Shown in pieces: positions 26,908-35,592 of a stretch of DNA of 62,662 bases. Each line of letters begins with the position of its first letter. Within the stretch, counting starts at the first letter, position 1. Origin of the DNA: an uncultured Elusimicrobia bacterium. GTDB taxonomy: Bacteria > Elusimicrobiota > Elusimicrobia > UBA1565 > UBA9628. The notes under the pieces were generated by a model. It was not told the DNA's origin. It did no database searches and was given only the letters and a program-made list of their open reading frames with translations. The translations under genes were made by a program, and so were the position numbers. Location: contig CAYJXJ010000004.1 in the NCBI GenBank assembly GCA_964374095.1, forward strand, positions 1-62,662, written 5' to 3'.

Positions 26908-28729
26908 AGGCGGGGGCCGCCTCCTGGCGGCCGGGATCCATCCGGCGTGGGAGCCCTCGGACATGGAGCCGCTGTTCCCGGACGAGGTTCGCCCCGGTGT
27001 GTCGCTGAGCCAAGAGCGGATCAAGTCGCTTTCCGGAATTTATTCGCGCCTATACCCCCCCGTGATCGCCGCCTGCGGCGGAGTCCTGGGCGATCGTTTC
27101 GGGCTATCCCCCCGCGCGCGGGAAACGCTGGCGCGCGAAACCATCGTCCCGCTGACCCACGCCTTCCTCGATCGGCTCTTGAGACTCTCCCTGCGGGCGG
27201 CGCGCGGACCGGCTCCCCCCCTGGCCCGCGGGCGCGAGGAGCGCGCCGCCGACATGGCCGCTTTCCGGACGCTGGCCCAGTCGTCCTATGCCTACAACCA
27301 GGCGCTGCTGTGCCGGCTGGCGCCCCTGCTCGACCTGAAGTTGTCGGATTCGGAGCTTCCCGCGATCCCCGCCCCCGCGATGGCGCGCCCCTTCTTCAAC
27401 CACAACTTCACCGTCGCCTCCCCGGGGCGCCGAATCCTCCGCAAGATCGCGGCCGCCGGACGCCGCCTCCTGCGCCGTAGCGCCTTGCGCGGCCGCCTGC
27501 CGTCTCTCTCCATGGGCTACTCGACCCAGCCCTTGAAGGACGCCGGGTTCTACGACGGGCTACTCGTCAACATCCAAAGGCAGGCCTCTCTGGGCGGCGC
27601 GGCCGACGACCCCGGCCTGCGCCGCATGCTCGCGCAGGCCCTCAAGCTCTGCGGGCCCGCTCTTGAGGCCTTCTTGAGGGAAGCCGGCGGCATCCCCAGC
27701 GTCCCAACCGGCGTGACGGAGGCCTGGGCCGAATTCGCCAGTTCGGCCGCGCCCGCCTCGATGCTCGAGGCCGTTCCCGCCAACATGGCCGCCTGCCGGG
27801 CGGTCCTCGCGCCCTACGGGACCCCGTTGCTGATCGGCGAGACCAACACTCTCGAACCCACCTTCATGATGGCCGCGGCCCAGGAGCTGGGCCTGAAGGT
27901 GATCGGCTTCCAACACGGGGGCCATTACGGCTTCATGGACGACCACACCCATTCCCTGGAAACCGAATACGGCGCCTACGACCGCTTCGTCACCTGGGGC
28001 TGGGAACCGATGCCCGATCATCCGAACTGCCGCGGGACGCAAGCCGTCGCGCTGCCTGTTCCTTGGCTGAGCGAACGGCGCCGCTATTGGACCCGCGCCC
28101 GGTCCGAGCCGGCGGCGGACGCCGCGGATTTCCTGCTCATGCCCAACCAGATTTACCGCTTCCCCCCGGCCCCCAGCGGCGCGGCGGTCTCGCGCAGCGA
28201 CCGCCTCGCCGACCACTGCCGCGTTCTCGAGGGCTTAATTGCCGCGGCGGCTCGCCGCGGGCTGACCACCGCGATCAAACCGTTTGACCGCCGGATGGTC
28301 GAGTTCATGCCGCGCACCTTCGACACCTTGAGGACGGCCGGGGGCGCGGCCTATCGGCGCCTGGATATCTTGGATAAGGGGCTTCACCCCGCACTCCTGC
28401 GGCTCGGACGCGTCTTGGTCTGGGATCAGGCGGGAGACGGCCTATTGGAATGTCTGGCCTGCGGCATCCCCACGCTCGTCCTCTGGCCGCGCCATTACTG
28501 CCGCGAGGACGACCGGGCCGCCCCGCTGGTCGCAGGCTTGGAACGAACCGGAATCATCCACCGCGAACCGCAATCCCTCCTGGACGCCTATCAGCGCTAC
28601 CGGTCGGACCCCCGAGCCTGGCTCGATGATTCGGCGCGCGCCGAGGCCGTGGGCCGCTTCCTGCGCCGCTACGCCTGGATCGACGACCGCTGGGAGCGAC
28701 CCTGGCGGGACTTCCTTGAGAGCCTCTAG
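26900..28729 (+). CDS. hypothetical 609-aa protein, possible GT-B-like transferase
   Basis: No firm family. FQHGGHYG and a C-terminal GLLECLACGIPTLVLWP pattern resemble Rossmann-pair sugar transferases. 8-nt overlap with the upstream gene. Confidence 0.6.
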   Translation: MTEGGGRLLAAGIHPAWEPSDMEPLFPDEVRPGVSLSQERIKSLSGIYSRLYPPVIAACGGVLGDRFGLSPRARETLARETIVPLTHAFLDRLLRLSLRAARGPAPPLARGREERAADMAAFRTLAQSSYAYNQALLCRLAPLLDLKLSDSELPAIPAPAMARPFFNHNFTVASPGRRILRKIAAAGRRLLRRSALRGRLPSLSMGYSTQPLKDAGFYDGLLVNIQRQASLGGAADDPGLRRMLAQALKLCGPALEAFLREAGGIPSVPTGVTEAWAEFASSAAPASMLEAVPANMAACRAVLAPYGTPLLIGETNTLEPTFMMAAAQELGLKVIGFQHGGHYGFMDDHTHSLETEYGAYDRFVTWGWEPMPDHPNCRGTQAVALPVPWLSERRRYWTRARSEPAADAADFLLMPNQIYRFPPAPSGAAVSRSDRLADHCRVLEGLIAAAARRGLTTAIKPFDRRMVEFMPRTFDTLRTAGGAAYRRLDILDKGLHPALLRLGRVLVWDQAGDGLLECLACGIPTLVLWPRHYCREDDRAAPLVAGLERTGIIHREPQSLLDAYQRYRSDPRAWLDDSARAEAVGRFLRRYAWIDDRWERPWRDFLESL

Positions 28730-28749
28730 CGGGCGGCAGGGCGCCGGGG

Positions 28750-30480
28750 CTAGGCGAGCAGTCCGAGAACCCCGTCCACGGTCCTGGCGACATTGCATCC
28801 GTCAAGCCGCCCGGCGTAGGCCTCCAGGAGCCGGGAATGGTCCACACGCTCGGGTATGCGATCGGGCAGAAGTTCCCGCAGGGCGGCGGCCAGGGACTCG
28901 GTCGTCTGGTGGCAGGGCAGGCCCGCGCTCCCATCGAATGGAGCTGTCGCATCGCTGGCCTGAAGGTTGACCAGAACAACCGGCAGGCCCATGGCCATGG
29001 CCTCGATCATGGACGTGGATAGTCCGCCGATCACCAGCGAGCTTTCCCGCAGCACTTCCGCCAAGAGGCGCCTCTCCTCGAGGACGCAGCGCGCGTCGAG
29101 CCGCTGCCCCAGGATCTCCCGGTAGAGCGCCCCGGGTTCGCCGGGATGGGTCTTGACCACGATCCGGACCCTCTCATGGCGCCTGACGAGCTCCACGACG
29201 GGCAGGATATTCTCTCGGACCGGCGCGCAATAGCCGACGACTACGACCTGCGGGACGACCGGCCGGCGGCGCAGGGCTCCGCTATAGCGGTCCAGCAGCG
29301 GAAACCCTGTCACATGAATGCGCTCCCGCGCGACTCCCAGGGAAAGATAGGCCCCAACCGCGACCGTACCGCCGATGAAGAGGTGATCGGCCTGCGTATC
29401 CACGAGCCGCGGGCGGCAGTGGGTCGGTAGGCCGTGCTGGACCAGGGCGGAGGGGATGCCTCGGCGGCGGGCCTCGTAGAGGAGCATCCGCTCCGGGGGG
29501 TTTCCATCGTACGGGACTACCACGAGCTCGGGAGCCCAGGAATCAAGCGCGCGTTGGATCTTGGCGAGCTGGGAGGCCATGAAAGCGAATTCCTCCATCA
29601 CGACCTCGTCGAGAAGGGCGCGCATGGCCTCCCAGGCGGGCAGACCCCCTGGCTCGAAGCGGCGCGCGTAGTCCGCGCTCGAGGAGAGCTCCCTCCACCT
29701 GCGCCCGATCGCCTCCAGCGCATCCACATCCGCGGCACGGAGCGGATCCTCAAAGGACGGATCGGTCAGGAAAGACCAGCGAGTCCATCCTCGCATCGAA
29801 GGAAGCCGCCGGGAGGGCCAGTCGAAGAAGGCCGGCCGGACGCCCTGGCGGCGGCCCAGTTCCTCCAACAGCCCTTCGAGCGTGTAGTAGTAGGAGGCCA
29901 GGACTCGCCGCCCGGACCGCGGCCGCAAGAACCCCAGTCCCCAGTTGAGCAGGCGCCGCTTGAGCGCGTGCGCGCTGAGGGGCCAGGACGAATAGCGGGT
30001 CGCGATCCGAACCTTGTCGCCGACCGCCGGCGCGCCGCGCCATTCCAGGGGGATGGCGCGGCCTCCGCAGAGCCTCTCGATGAGGTTGCGGCGATCCTTC
30101 GACACCTCTCGCTCGGCGATCACCCGGGCCGGCTTCTCCCGCTCCAAGAGCCTGTTGAACTCCCAGGCGAACTTGTAAACCGGTCCGAAAAACGCGCCGT
30201 AGACGAGGCCCTCCAGGCATTTGCCGAGGGAAATCCCGCGAAAGACGGTAAAGTCGCTCCCCGTGACGTCCCGGAACCATGCCTCGGCAAGGTCCTCGCC
30301 CCAGTTCCTCACCGGAGCATCGGGACCAAGGGTCCAGAGGTTAGGGTCGAGAAGAGCGGCCGGAGCGCCGCGGCGCAGGTAGGCTTCGCGGGTCCACTCG
30401 TCCAAGCAGACGACCAGCGCGCCGGGTGGGACCGGCCCGGCGGGCTGGGGGGAGGCTGCGATGTAGAGATCGGCGCTCAA
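28750..30480 (-). CDS. hypothetical 576-aa protein with a GT-B-like C-terminal half
   Basis: VQHGLPTH and GGLSTSMIEAMAMGLPVVLVNL patterns. TTG start at 30480 with TATAAT (30495-30490) 9 nt upstream. Confidence 0.6.
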   Translation of the reverse strand: MSADLYIAASPQPAGPVPPGALVVCLDEWTREAYLRRGAPAALLDPNLWTLGPDAPVRNWGEDLAEAWFRDVTGSDFTVFRGISLGKCLEGLVYGAFFGPVYKFAWEFNRLLEREKPARVIAEREVSKDRRNLIERLCGGRAIPLEWRGAPAVGDKVRIATRYSSWPLSAHALKRRLLNWGLGFLRPRSGRRVLASYYYTLEGLLEELGRRQGVRPAFFDWPSRRLPSMRGWTRWSFLTDPSFEDPLRAADVDALEAIGRRWRELSSSADYARRFEPGGLPAWEAMRALLDEVVMEEFAFMASQLAKIQRALDSWAPELVVVPYDGNPPERMLLYEARRRGIPSALVQHGLPTHCRPRLVDTQADHLFIGGTVAVGAYLSLGVARERIHVTGFPLLDRYSGALRRRPVVPQVVVVGYCAPVRENILPVVELVRRHERVRIVVKTHPGEPGALYREILGQRLDARCVLEERRLLAEVLRESSLVIGGLSTSMIEAMAMGLPVVLVNLQASDATAPFDGSAGLPCHQTTESLAAALRELLPDRIPERVDHSRLLEAYAGRLDGCNVARTVDGVLGLLA

Positions 30481-30511
30481 GTCCGTGGGATTATATTAAA
30501 CCCGGCGCCCG

Positions 30512-30540
30512 TTGACCCCTCTCCGACGGAAAAGCTATTC
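30512..30540 (+). promoter_or_regulatory. promoter copy attached to the truncated ligase fragment (TTGACC-17/18-(C)TATTCT)
   Basis: Aligns with the promoter at 32905-32933 (TTGACC, then ..CGACGGAAA..). Confidence 0.3.
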
Positions 30541-30547
30541 TGCGCGG

Positions 30548-30700
30548 ATGTGCCCGTTGGACCTTCTCAAGATCGCCGAGCAGAACCAGGACCGGCCCTT
30601 CCTCATCGCCCCGGACCGCCCGGTGACCTTGACCTACGCCGAATTCCACGGGGCGGCCCTGGGTCTGGCTGCCCGCCTCCAGGAAGAGGGGCCGCGCGTA
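30548..30700 (+). pseudogene. 5' fragment (~50 codons) of an AMP-dependent ligase paralogue
   Basis: MCPLDLLKIAEQNQDRPFLIAPDRPVTLTYAEFHGAALGLAARLQEEG aligns with residues 1-50 of the intact ligase at 32960. Similarity stops near 30690. Confidence 0.6.
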
Positions 30701-30713
30701 ACGCGCCGCCATT

Positions 30714-30884
30714 TCAAGACCCGCGGCCATAAAGGCCTGCGTCGGCGTAGTGGCGATAGAGCTAGTCGCCCTTGGTCTTGAAGTAGCGCTCGATGCCTTC
30801 CTTCTGGACCTGGATCGAGTGGCCTTCCTCGGCCCGCACCTCGGTCGAGACGCGCTTATACGCCACCCATATCATCGCGCTCAT
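30714..30884 (-). pseudogene. serine recombinase (resolvase/invertase-type) N-terminal remnant with an in-frame stop
   Basis: Hand translation gives MSAMIWVAYKRVSTEVRAEEGHSIQVQKEGIERYFKTKGD*LYRHYADAGLYGRGS*. It has the Y.RVST catalytic-serine motif and a Y.D.G..G block, and is truncated after ~55 codons. Confidence 0.6.
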
Positions 30885-30986
30885 GTCACCCCCACAGGCA
30901 ACTCAGTAATAGCTTGATACAACTTGCTACAGCCATGAATTAAGCCTCTGCCGTCGATCTTGTTACAAAGCTTGTTAGCCCATCTA

Positions 30987-32708
30987 TCAAGCAGCTCGCT
31001 TTCTAATCCGGTAAGTCTGCTTTGGACTGTGCTTGTTCTTCTCGGTTCCTTCCAGAACCCCCATTTTAAGAAGCTCCCGCACGGTGACCCTGGCATATGG
31101 CGTGGACAGCTTGCAGCCCTCGACAATCTGCTTGATGCTGACCGTGCCCTCCTTCTGAACGAAACCAAAAACCATCCGGTGCCTCGCCTTCCAAGCCGCC
31201 ACCTTCGGCGGGAGCGTGGCCTCTGTGAAGGCCGCAGCAAGCTCGTAGACGGCCCAGCGCCGCGAACCGAGCTGGTTGAGAAGGCCCAGCTCGCGCAACC
31301 CCGCAAGTTCCGCGGTCGCCATGCGCGAGTCGCACTGATTCAGCCGACTATAGTCCAGGTTCCGGATCGTGTGGTGTTTTCTCACCAGAGCCAGGGCCAG
31401 CCTCTGGCCGTCGTTGAGAGGGAAACCCGCAAGCTGATTGAGCCAGGTTACGGTCCCTTCATCGAGAAGAGACTCGTTGGAGAACGTGACGCGGAAGTAG
31501 GTCCTGCCGTCCTCGAACTCGGGGGGAGGCAAGTGCGCTTTGGCGAGTTGGGCGCTGACCGTGCGTATTCCCGATCCGCGATTTTCAGCGAGCCCTATCT
31601 CTTCAAGCATCCGCATCAAGTAGACGTTACGGGACGCCTGAACGCCCGCCTCGCCCAATGTCTCCTCCGTCACGGGACCGAAAAGCCCGCCGGGGCTTTG
31701 GACCACCAATCCGTCGGAGAACATCTTGACCTGCACCTGGCTTCCCAACGCGCCCGGGCCGTAGTCCCTATGGCCGACGGCGTTGACCAGTACCTCTCTG
31801 ACGGCCAGTTCGGGATACTCCGCGATCTCTTCCGACATGAGGCCGGTCTTGAGCGTCCTCCGTTGCATGTTCCGGCGAATAACATCCAACGCCCCCTCCA
31901 GCATGTCCGGCATGGTGCCCTCGATTTTCTGATTCTCGATGATTTGCGAGGCGTCGCGGGACCCTTCCTTAGCAGTACCCGCGTATCTCACCACAGTGAT
32001 GCAAAGATTAGGAAACTCCCCCTGGGGATACTTGCCAAACATCAGCCAGCCGGCCATGCTGGGCACAACCGCCGGCTCCGACCCTCTCCGGCTGGAAATC
32101 TTGTAAGTCTGCGAGAGGACCTCCTCCGATTGGCTCAAATGCTTCGCGTGGGGACGCCGCTCCCGTAAAGTGGCGAAGAACTTCTTGATTCGCTCTTGAT
32201 CCACGGCGTCCCACTCGACGCGCGCGGGGGGCCTGATATCTTCCTCCGGCTGCCCCCTAGCCGCAATGTAGCTCTGCACCTCGTAGTCGGTCATGACGCG
32301 GTCGCTGTCGCCGACCCGAATGAAAGCGCCCGCTGGCAAGCCCTTGGGCCGGTAAAAGCAGGGCTTATGGTGACGCGGGCACTCGGGAATGGAAACGACC
32401 AGCACCCGCTTTCCTCTTTCCACCGTGAACGTGTCGAAGGCTGGCCGGATCGGCGGCTCCATCTCCGCGCAGGCGTTTCCAATGTCCCTTTGGAGAGCGT
32501 CGAGCTGCTTCAAGCCGGTAGGCTGGAAAAGGTCGGGTGACAGGCCAAGGATCAAGGTCCCGCCGCCGGAGCGATTCGCGAGGGCGGACAATGACTGCCA
32601 CAACCGGGTCGGGGTTCCGCCGGCGGCGTCCTTGACCTCGATATCATCCAGCTCAGAGCCCCTTTCTCTGAGACTCTTGAGCAGTTCATCAAAATCTACC
32701 TTGAGCAT
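30987..32708 (-). CDS. AlbA_2 (Schlafen-like) + HATPase_c_4 (GHKL-like) + tandem wHTH protein
   Basis: DIEVKDAAGG...LSALANRSGGGTLILGL (AlbA_2 signature). REVLVNAVGHRDY...SPGGL...ENRGSGI (RecG-C/HATPase_c_4 signature). Start taken as ATG 32708, preceded by GGAGG 4 nt upstream. Confidence 0.85.
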   Translation of the reverse strand: MLKVDFDELLKSLRERGSELDDIEVKDAAGGTPTRLWQSLSALANRSGGGTLILGLSPDLFQPTGLKQLDALQRDIGNACAEMEPPIRPAFDTFTVERGKRVLVVSIPECPRHHKPCFYRPKGLPAGAFIRVGDSDRVMTDYEVQSYIAARGQPEEDIRPPARVEWDAVDQERIKKFFATLRERRPHAKHLSQSEEVLSQTYKISSRRGSEPAVVPSMAGWLMFGKYPQGEFPNLCITVVRYAGTAKEGSRDASQIIENQKIEGTMPDMLEGALDVIRRNMQRRTLKTGLMSEEIAEYPELAVREVLVNAVGHRDYGPGALGSQVQVKMFSDGLVVQSPGGLFGPVTEETLGEAGVQASRNVYLMRMLEEIGLAENRGSGIRTVSAQLAKAHLPPPEFEDGRTYFRVTFSNESLLDEGTVTWLNQLAGFPLNDGQRLALALVRKHHTIRNLDYSRLNQCDSRMATAELAGLRELGLLNQLGSRRWAVYELAAAFTEATLPPKVAAWKARHRMVFGFVQKEGTVSIKQIVEGCKLSTPYARVTVRELLKMGVLEGTEKNKHSPKQTYRIRKRAA

Positions 32709-32733
32709 TGGCCCTCCGCTACTTGATACATAC

Positions 32734-32762
32734 ATGATAATATATTATTAAGTTATTATCAA
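32734..32762 (-). promoter_or_regulatory. sigma70 promoter of the AlbA_2 gene (TTGATA-17-TATCAT)
   Basis: Read on the minus strand: -35 at 32762-32757, -10 at 32739-32734. Very AT-rich context. The -10 covers the first in-frame ATG (32735), which favours ATG 32708 as the start. Confidence 0.5.
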
Positions 32763-32904
32763 GTGCCTATCCGGACCCGCCTTTCGAGGCGGTTGCCGTT
32801 GGTTATCCACGATACTTGAACGTTCCACGTGCGGTGGAAAACTCGGCTTCCCACCACCCGCACGCGATGCTTTCAAAACCCCGTGAACATGGACGGGCAT
32901 CCGA

Positions 32905-32933
32905 TTGACCCTTATCGACGGAAAGGTTAGACT
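32905..32933 (+). promoter_or_regulatory. candidate promoter of the acyl-loading operon (TTGACC-17-TAGACT)
   Basis: Hexamers at 32905-32910 and 32928-32933, 26 nt upstream of ATG 32960. A diverged copy lies at 30512. Confidence 0.4.
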
Positions 32934-32959
32934 CTTGGCGTCGTGAAAACCCTTCCCGC

Positions 32960-34507
32960 ATGACTCCCCAAGACGTCATCCGCCGGGCCGAGGAGAGCCG
33001 GGACCATCCGTTTCTCATCGTGCCGGACCGCCGCCTCGCCCTGAGCTATGGGGAATTCCACGAGGCGGCGCTGGGCCTCGCCTGCCGGCTGCAAGAGGAA
33101 GGACTGGGCCGCGGAGACCGTCTCGTGGCCCTCCTGCCCAACTCCCCGGAATACGCGATCCTCTTCTTCGCCGCCCTCTACATGGGCGCGACCGTCGCCA
33201 CCGCCAACCCCGCGTTGAGCCCCGCGGTCATCTCGCGCGTGATCCGCGGCTCCCGGGGAAAGCTCCTCGTCTACGCCGAGGAAACGAAGCGCTTCCTGCT
33301 GGGCGCCAACAAGCCCGCCGACCCGATCCCGGCCTGGCTCCTGCCGCGCCTCAACGAACCCCTCTTCAATATCCCCTGGCGCAACCCCCCGTACGCGCCC
33401 TTGGAAGGGGTCTCCGGGCAGGATCTCTGGACCATCGTCTTCACCTCCGGAACCACGGCTTTCCCCAAGGCCGTGGCCCACACCATCGCCAACCTTTTGG
33501 GCAATGCCACGGCTTTCAACCGGGAAATGGGGATCGGCCGCGACAACCGCTTTCTCCACCTGCTGCCCATGGCCACCAGCGCCGGATTCTTCAACGTCCT
33601 GATCTCGCCCTTTCTCGCGGGCGCCAGCGTGGTCCTCACCCCGGGATTCGGGCCCCGCACCGCGCTGGAGTTCTGGCGCCTGCCCAGCGAGAACGGGGTC
33701 GACACCCTCTGGCTGACGCCCTCCATCGCCGGGGCCTTGCTGAAGGTGGACCGCGACGCCGCGGGCAAGGCCTGGTGCCGCCGAAGCATCAGGAGAATAT
33801 TCATCGGGACGGCTCCCCTCGCCCCCAAGGTCAAGCGCGACTTCGAAGCGGATTATGGAGTCCCCCTGTGGGAAAGCTACGGCCTCTCCGAGACCCTGTT
33901 GGTCTCAGGCAACGGCCCGACGACCGGCGCCGTCGAGGGCGCGGTCGGACGCGTCCTCCCCGGAATTTCGGCGGCGATTCGAGACGACCAAGGCCGTGAC
34001 GTCGCGGCCGGGACTGAAGGCGAGATCTTCATCAAGACCCCGCATATGATGGCCGGCTACCTCGATGACGCGACCGGACAGGCGGCGCGTCCCGATGACG
34101 AATGGTTCCCATCCGGCGACCTCGGCACCCTCGCGGCGGACGGCCTCCTGCGCATCACGGGCCGCAAGAAAGACCTCATCATACGGGGCAGCCTCAACAT
34201 CAGCCCCGCGGCGCTCGAGAACGTCCTTCTCCAGCACGAAGCCGTGGCCCAAGCCGCGGTCGTCGGCGTGCCCGACGCGGTGGCCGGCGAGGAGGTCGTG
34301 GCCGTCCTCAAACTCAAGGCCGGCAGGGTCTGGATCCAGGAGCGCGCCGGGCTCGAGGCTTACTGCAGGAACAGCTTCCCCGCCCCCAACCGCCCGACCC
34401 GCCTCCTGGAGATCGACGATTTCCCCTCGGGCCCGACCGGGAAGGTCTTGAAGCGCGAAATCCGCGCCTGGGCCGTCAAGGCTCTGGCCGCCGAGGTTCA
34501 ACCATGA
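32960..34507 (+). CDS. AMP-dependent synthetase/ligase (adenylate-forming enzyme)
   Basis: FTSGTTAFPKAV (A3 core), YGLSET, GDLG..DG.L.I.GRKKDLI motifs. Confidence 0.9.
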   Translation: MTPQDVIRRAEESRDHPFLIVPDRRLALSYGEFHEAALGLACRLQEEGLGRGDRLVALLPNSPEYAILFFAALYMGATVATANPALSPAVISRVIRGSRGKLLVYAEETKRFLLGANKPADPIPAWLLPRLNEPLFNIPWRNPPYAPLEGVSGQDLWTIVFTSGTTAFPKAVAHTIANLLGNATAFNREMGIGRDNRFLHLLPMATSAGFFNVLISPFLAGASVVLTPGFGPRTALEFWRLPSENGVDTLWLTPSIAGALLKVDRDAAGKAWCRRSIRRIFIGTAPLAPKVKRDFEADYGVPLWESYGLSETLLVSGNGPTTGAVEGAVGRVLPGISAAIRDDQGRDVAAGTEGEIFIKTPHMMAGYLDDATGQAARPDDEWFPSGDLGTLAADGLLRITGRKKDLIIRGSLNISPAALENVLLQHEAVAQAAVVGVPDAVAGEEVVAVLKLKAGRVWIQERAGLEAYCRNSFPAPNRPTRLLEIDDFPSGPTGKVLKREIRAWAVKALAAEVQP

Positions 34508-35166
34508 CCAAGCTCTGGGACCTTTCATTTCCGATCCACGAGGGAATGACGACCTTTCCCAGCCATTGGCACCCTCTGGTCGAGGTGACCCAACTCGGCC
34601 GCCATGGCATCGAGGACCGCGAGAGCCGCAAGTTGGTCCTGGGCACGCACACCGGAACGCACGTGGACGCGCCGCTGCACTTCGTGAAAGGAGGAAAGAC
34701 GATAGACCGGCTGCCCCTGGACTTGATGGTGGGGACGGCGGATGTCGTCGATCTTCCCGCCAAGCCCAAAGGGCGCGTGGACCTATCGCAGTTGAAGACC
34801 GCCCTCGGCGGCCGCGCCGTCCCGGAGCGGCTGCTGCTGCGCTGGGGCTGGTCGCGCCATTGGGGCCACATCCGCTACTACACCGAGGCGCCTTACCTCT
34901 CCGTCGAGTCCTGCCAATGGCTGGCGGAGCAAGGCGTCAAACTCCTCGGAATGGACACGCCGTCGGTGGACTGCCACGACCACGGCTGGCGCACGGCCAA
35001 CGACTGCCCCAACCATAAGGCCCTTTTGGGCGCCGGCGTCTTTCTCGTGGAGTACCTGAACAACTTGGACAAACTCCGCAAGCGCCGGGTGGACTTCATG
35101 GTCATGCCCCTCAACGTCCTCGGCGGCGATGGCGCGCCCGCCCGGGCCCTGGCCCGGGATGCCTAG
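34504..35166 (+). CDS. cyclase-family protein (kynurenine formamidase-like metallohydrolase fold)
   Basis: LGTHTGTHVDAPLHF motif. ATG 34504 overlaps the ligase stop (ATGA). The ORF-track start 34102 is a run-on. Confidence 0.85.
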   Translation: MTKLWDLSFPIHEGMTTFPSHWHPLVEVTQLGRHGIEDRESRKLVLGTHTGTHVDAPLHFVKGGKTIDRLPLDLMVGTADVVDLPAKPKGRVDLSQLKTALGGRAVPERLLLRWGWSRHWGHIRYYTEAPYLSVESCQWLAEQGVKLLGMDTPSVDCHDHGWRTANDCPNHKALLGAGVFLVEYLNNLDKLRKRRVDFMVMPLNVLGGDGAPARALARDA

Positions 35167-35432
35167 TGGACCCGGGCGTCATCCGCCGAACGATCCTGTC
35201 CTGGTTCCAGGCCAAGGGAAACATTCCCGGCGCCACCGACGCCGAGACGCTGGCGGCGAACTATTTCGACGCCGGCCTCCTCGACTCGCTGGGGGTCGTG
35301 GCCCTCATCTCGGAGTTGGAAAGCCGCTTCGCGATCCGCTTCGAGCAGGACCATTTCCGGCAGAGCCGCTTCTCCACGATCGGCGGACTCTGCGAGATCG
35401 TCGGCGAGCTCGCGGGCCGCAAGGGGCCATGA
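35166..35432 (+). CDS. acyl/peptidyl carrier protein
   Basis: 88 aa, LLDSLGVVALISELE phosphopantetheine-attachment motif. GTG overlaps the upstream stop by 1 nt. Confidence 0.8.
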   Translation: MDPGVIRRTILSWFQAKGNIPGATDAETLAANYFDAGLLDSLGVVALISELESRFAIRFEQDHFRQSRFSTIGGLCEIVGELAGRKGP

Positions 35433-35439
35433 CCGTCCG

Positions 35440-35592
35440 ATGAACCTCCAAGACCCGGCCCGCGGGCTGGCCCGTCTGCGGGAGCCCTACGCCCGCATCG
35501 CCTCCGAATTCCTGGGGCCGCTGGATGGAACCGCCGTCGAGCGCACGATCGACGAACTCCTGCGCGTGGCGCGGCGCCCCGAGAAGGCCTGA
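35440..35592 (+). CDS. 50-aa hypothetical protein
   Basis: Not in the ORF track (<60 aa). ATG 35440, stop overlapping the next start (TGATG). Roughly 90% G/C at third positions by hand count. Sequence MNLQDPARGLARLREPYARIASEFLGPLDGTAVERTIDELLRVARRPEKA. Confidence 0.4.
   Translation: MNLQDPARGLARLREPYARIASEFLGPLDGTAVERTIDELLRVARRPEKA

Noticed and set aside
32763-32900. Possible tRNA-derived att site or terminator at the right edge of the inserted element (hairpins CCGCC-TTTCGA-GGCGG at about 32776 and CGTGCGG..CCGCACG at about 32828-32865).
   Set aside because: The stems are short or imperfect. There is no tRNA-like sequence and no matching direct repeat at the left edge (30690-30714).
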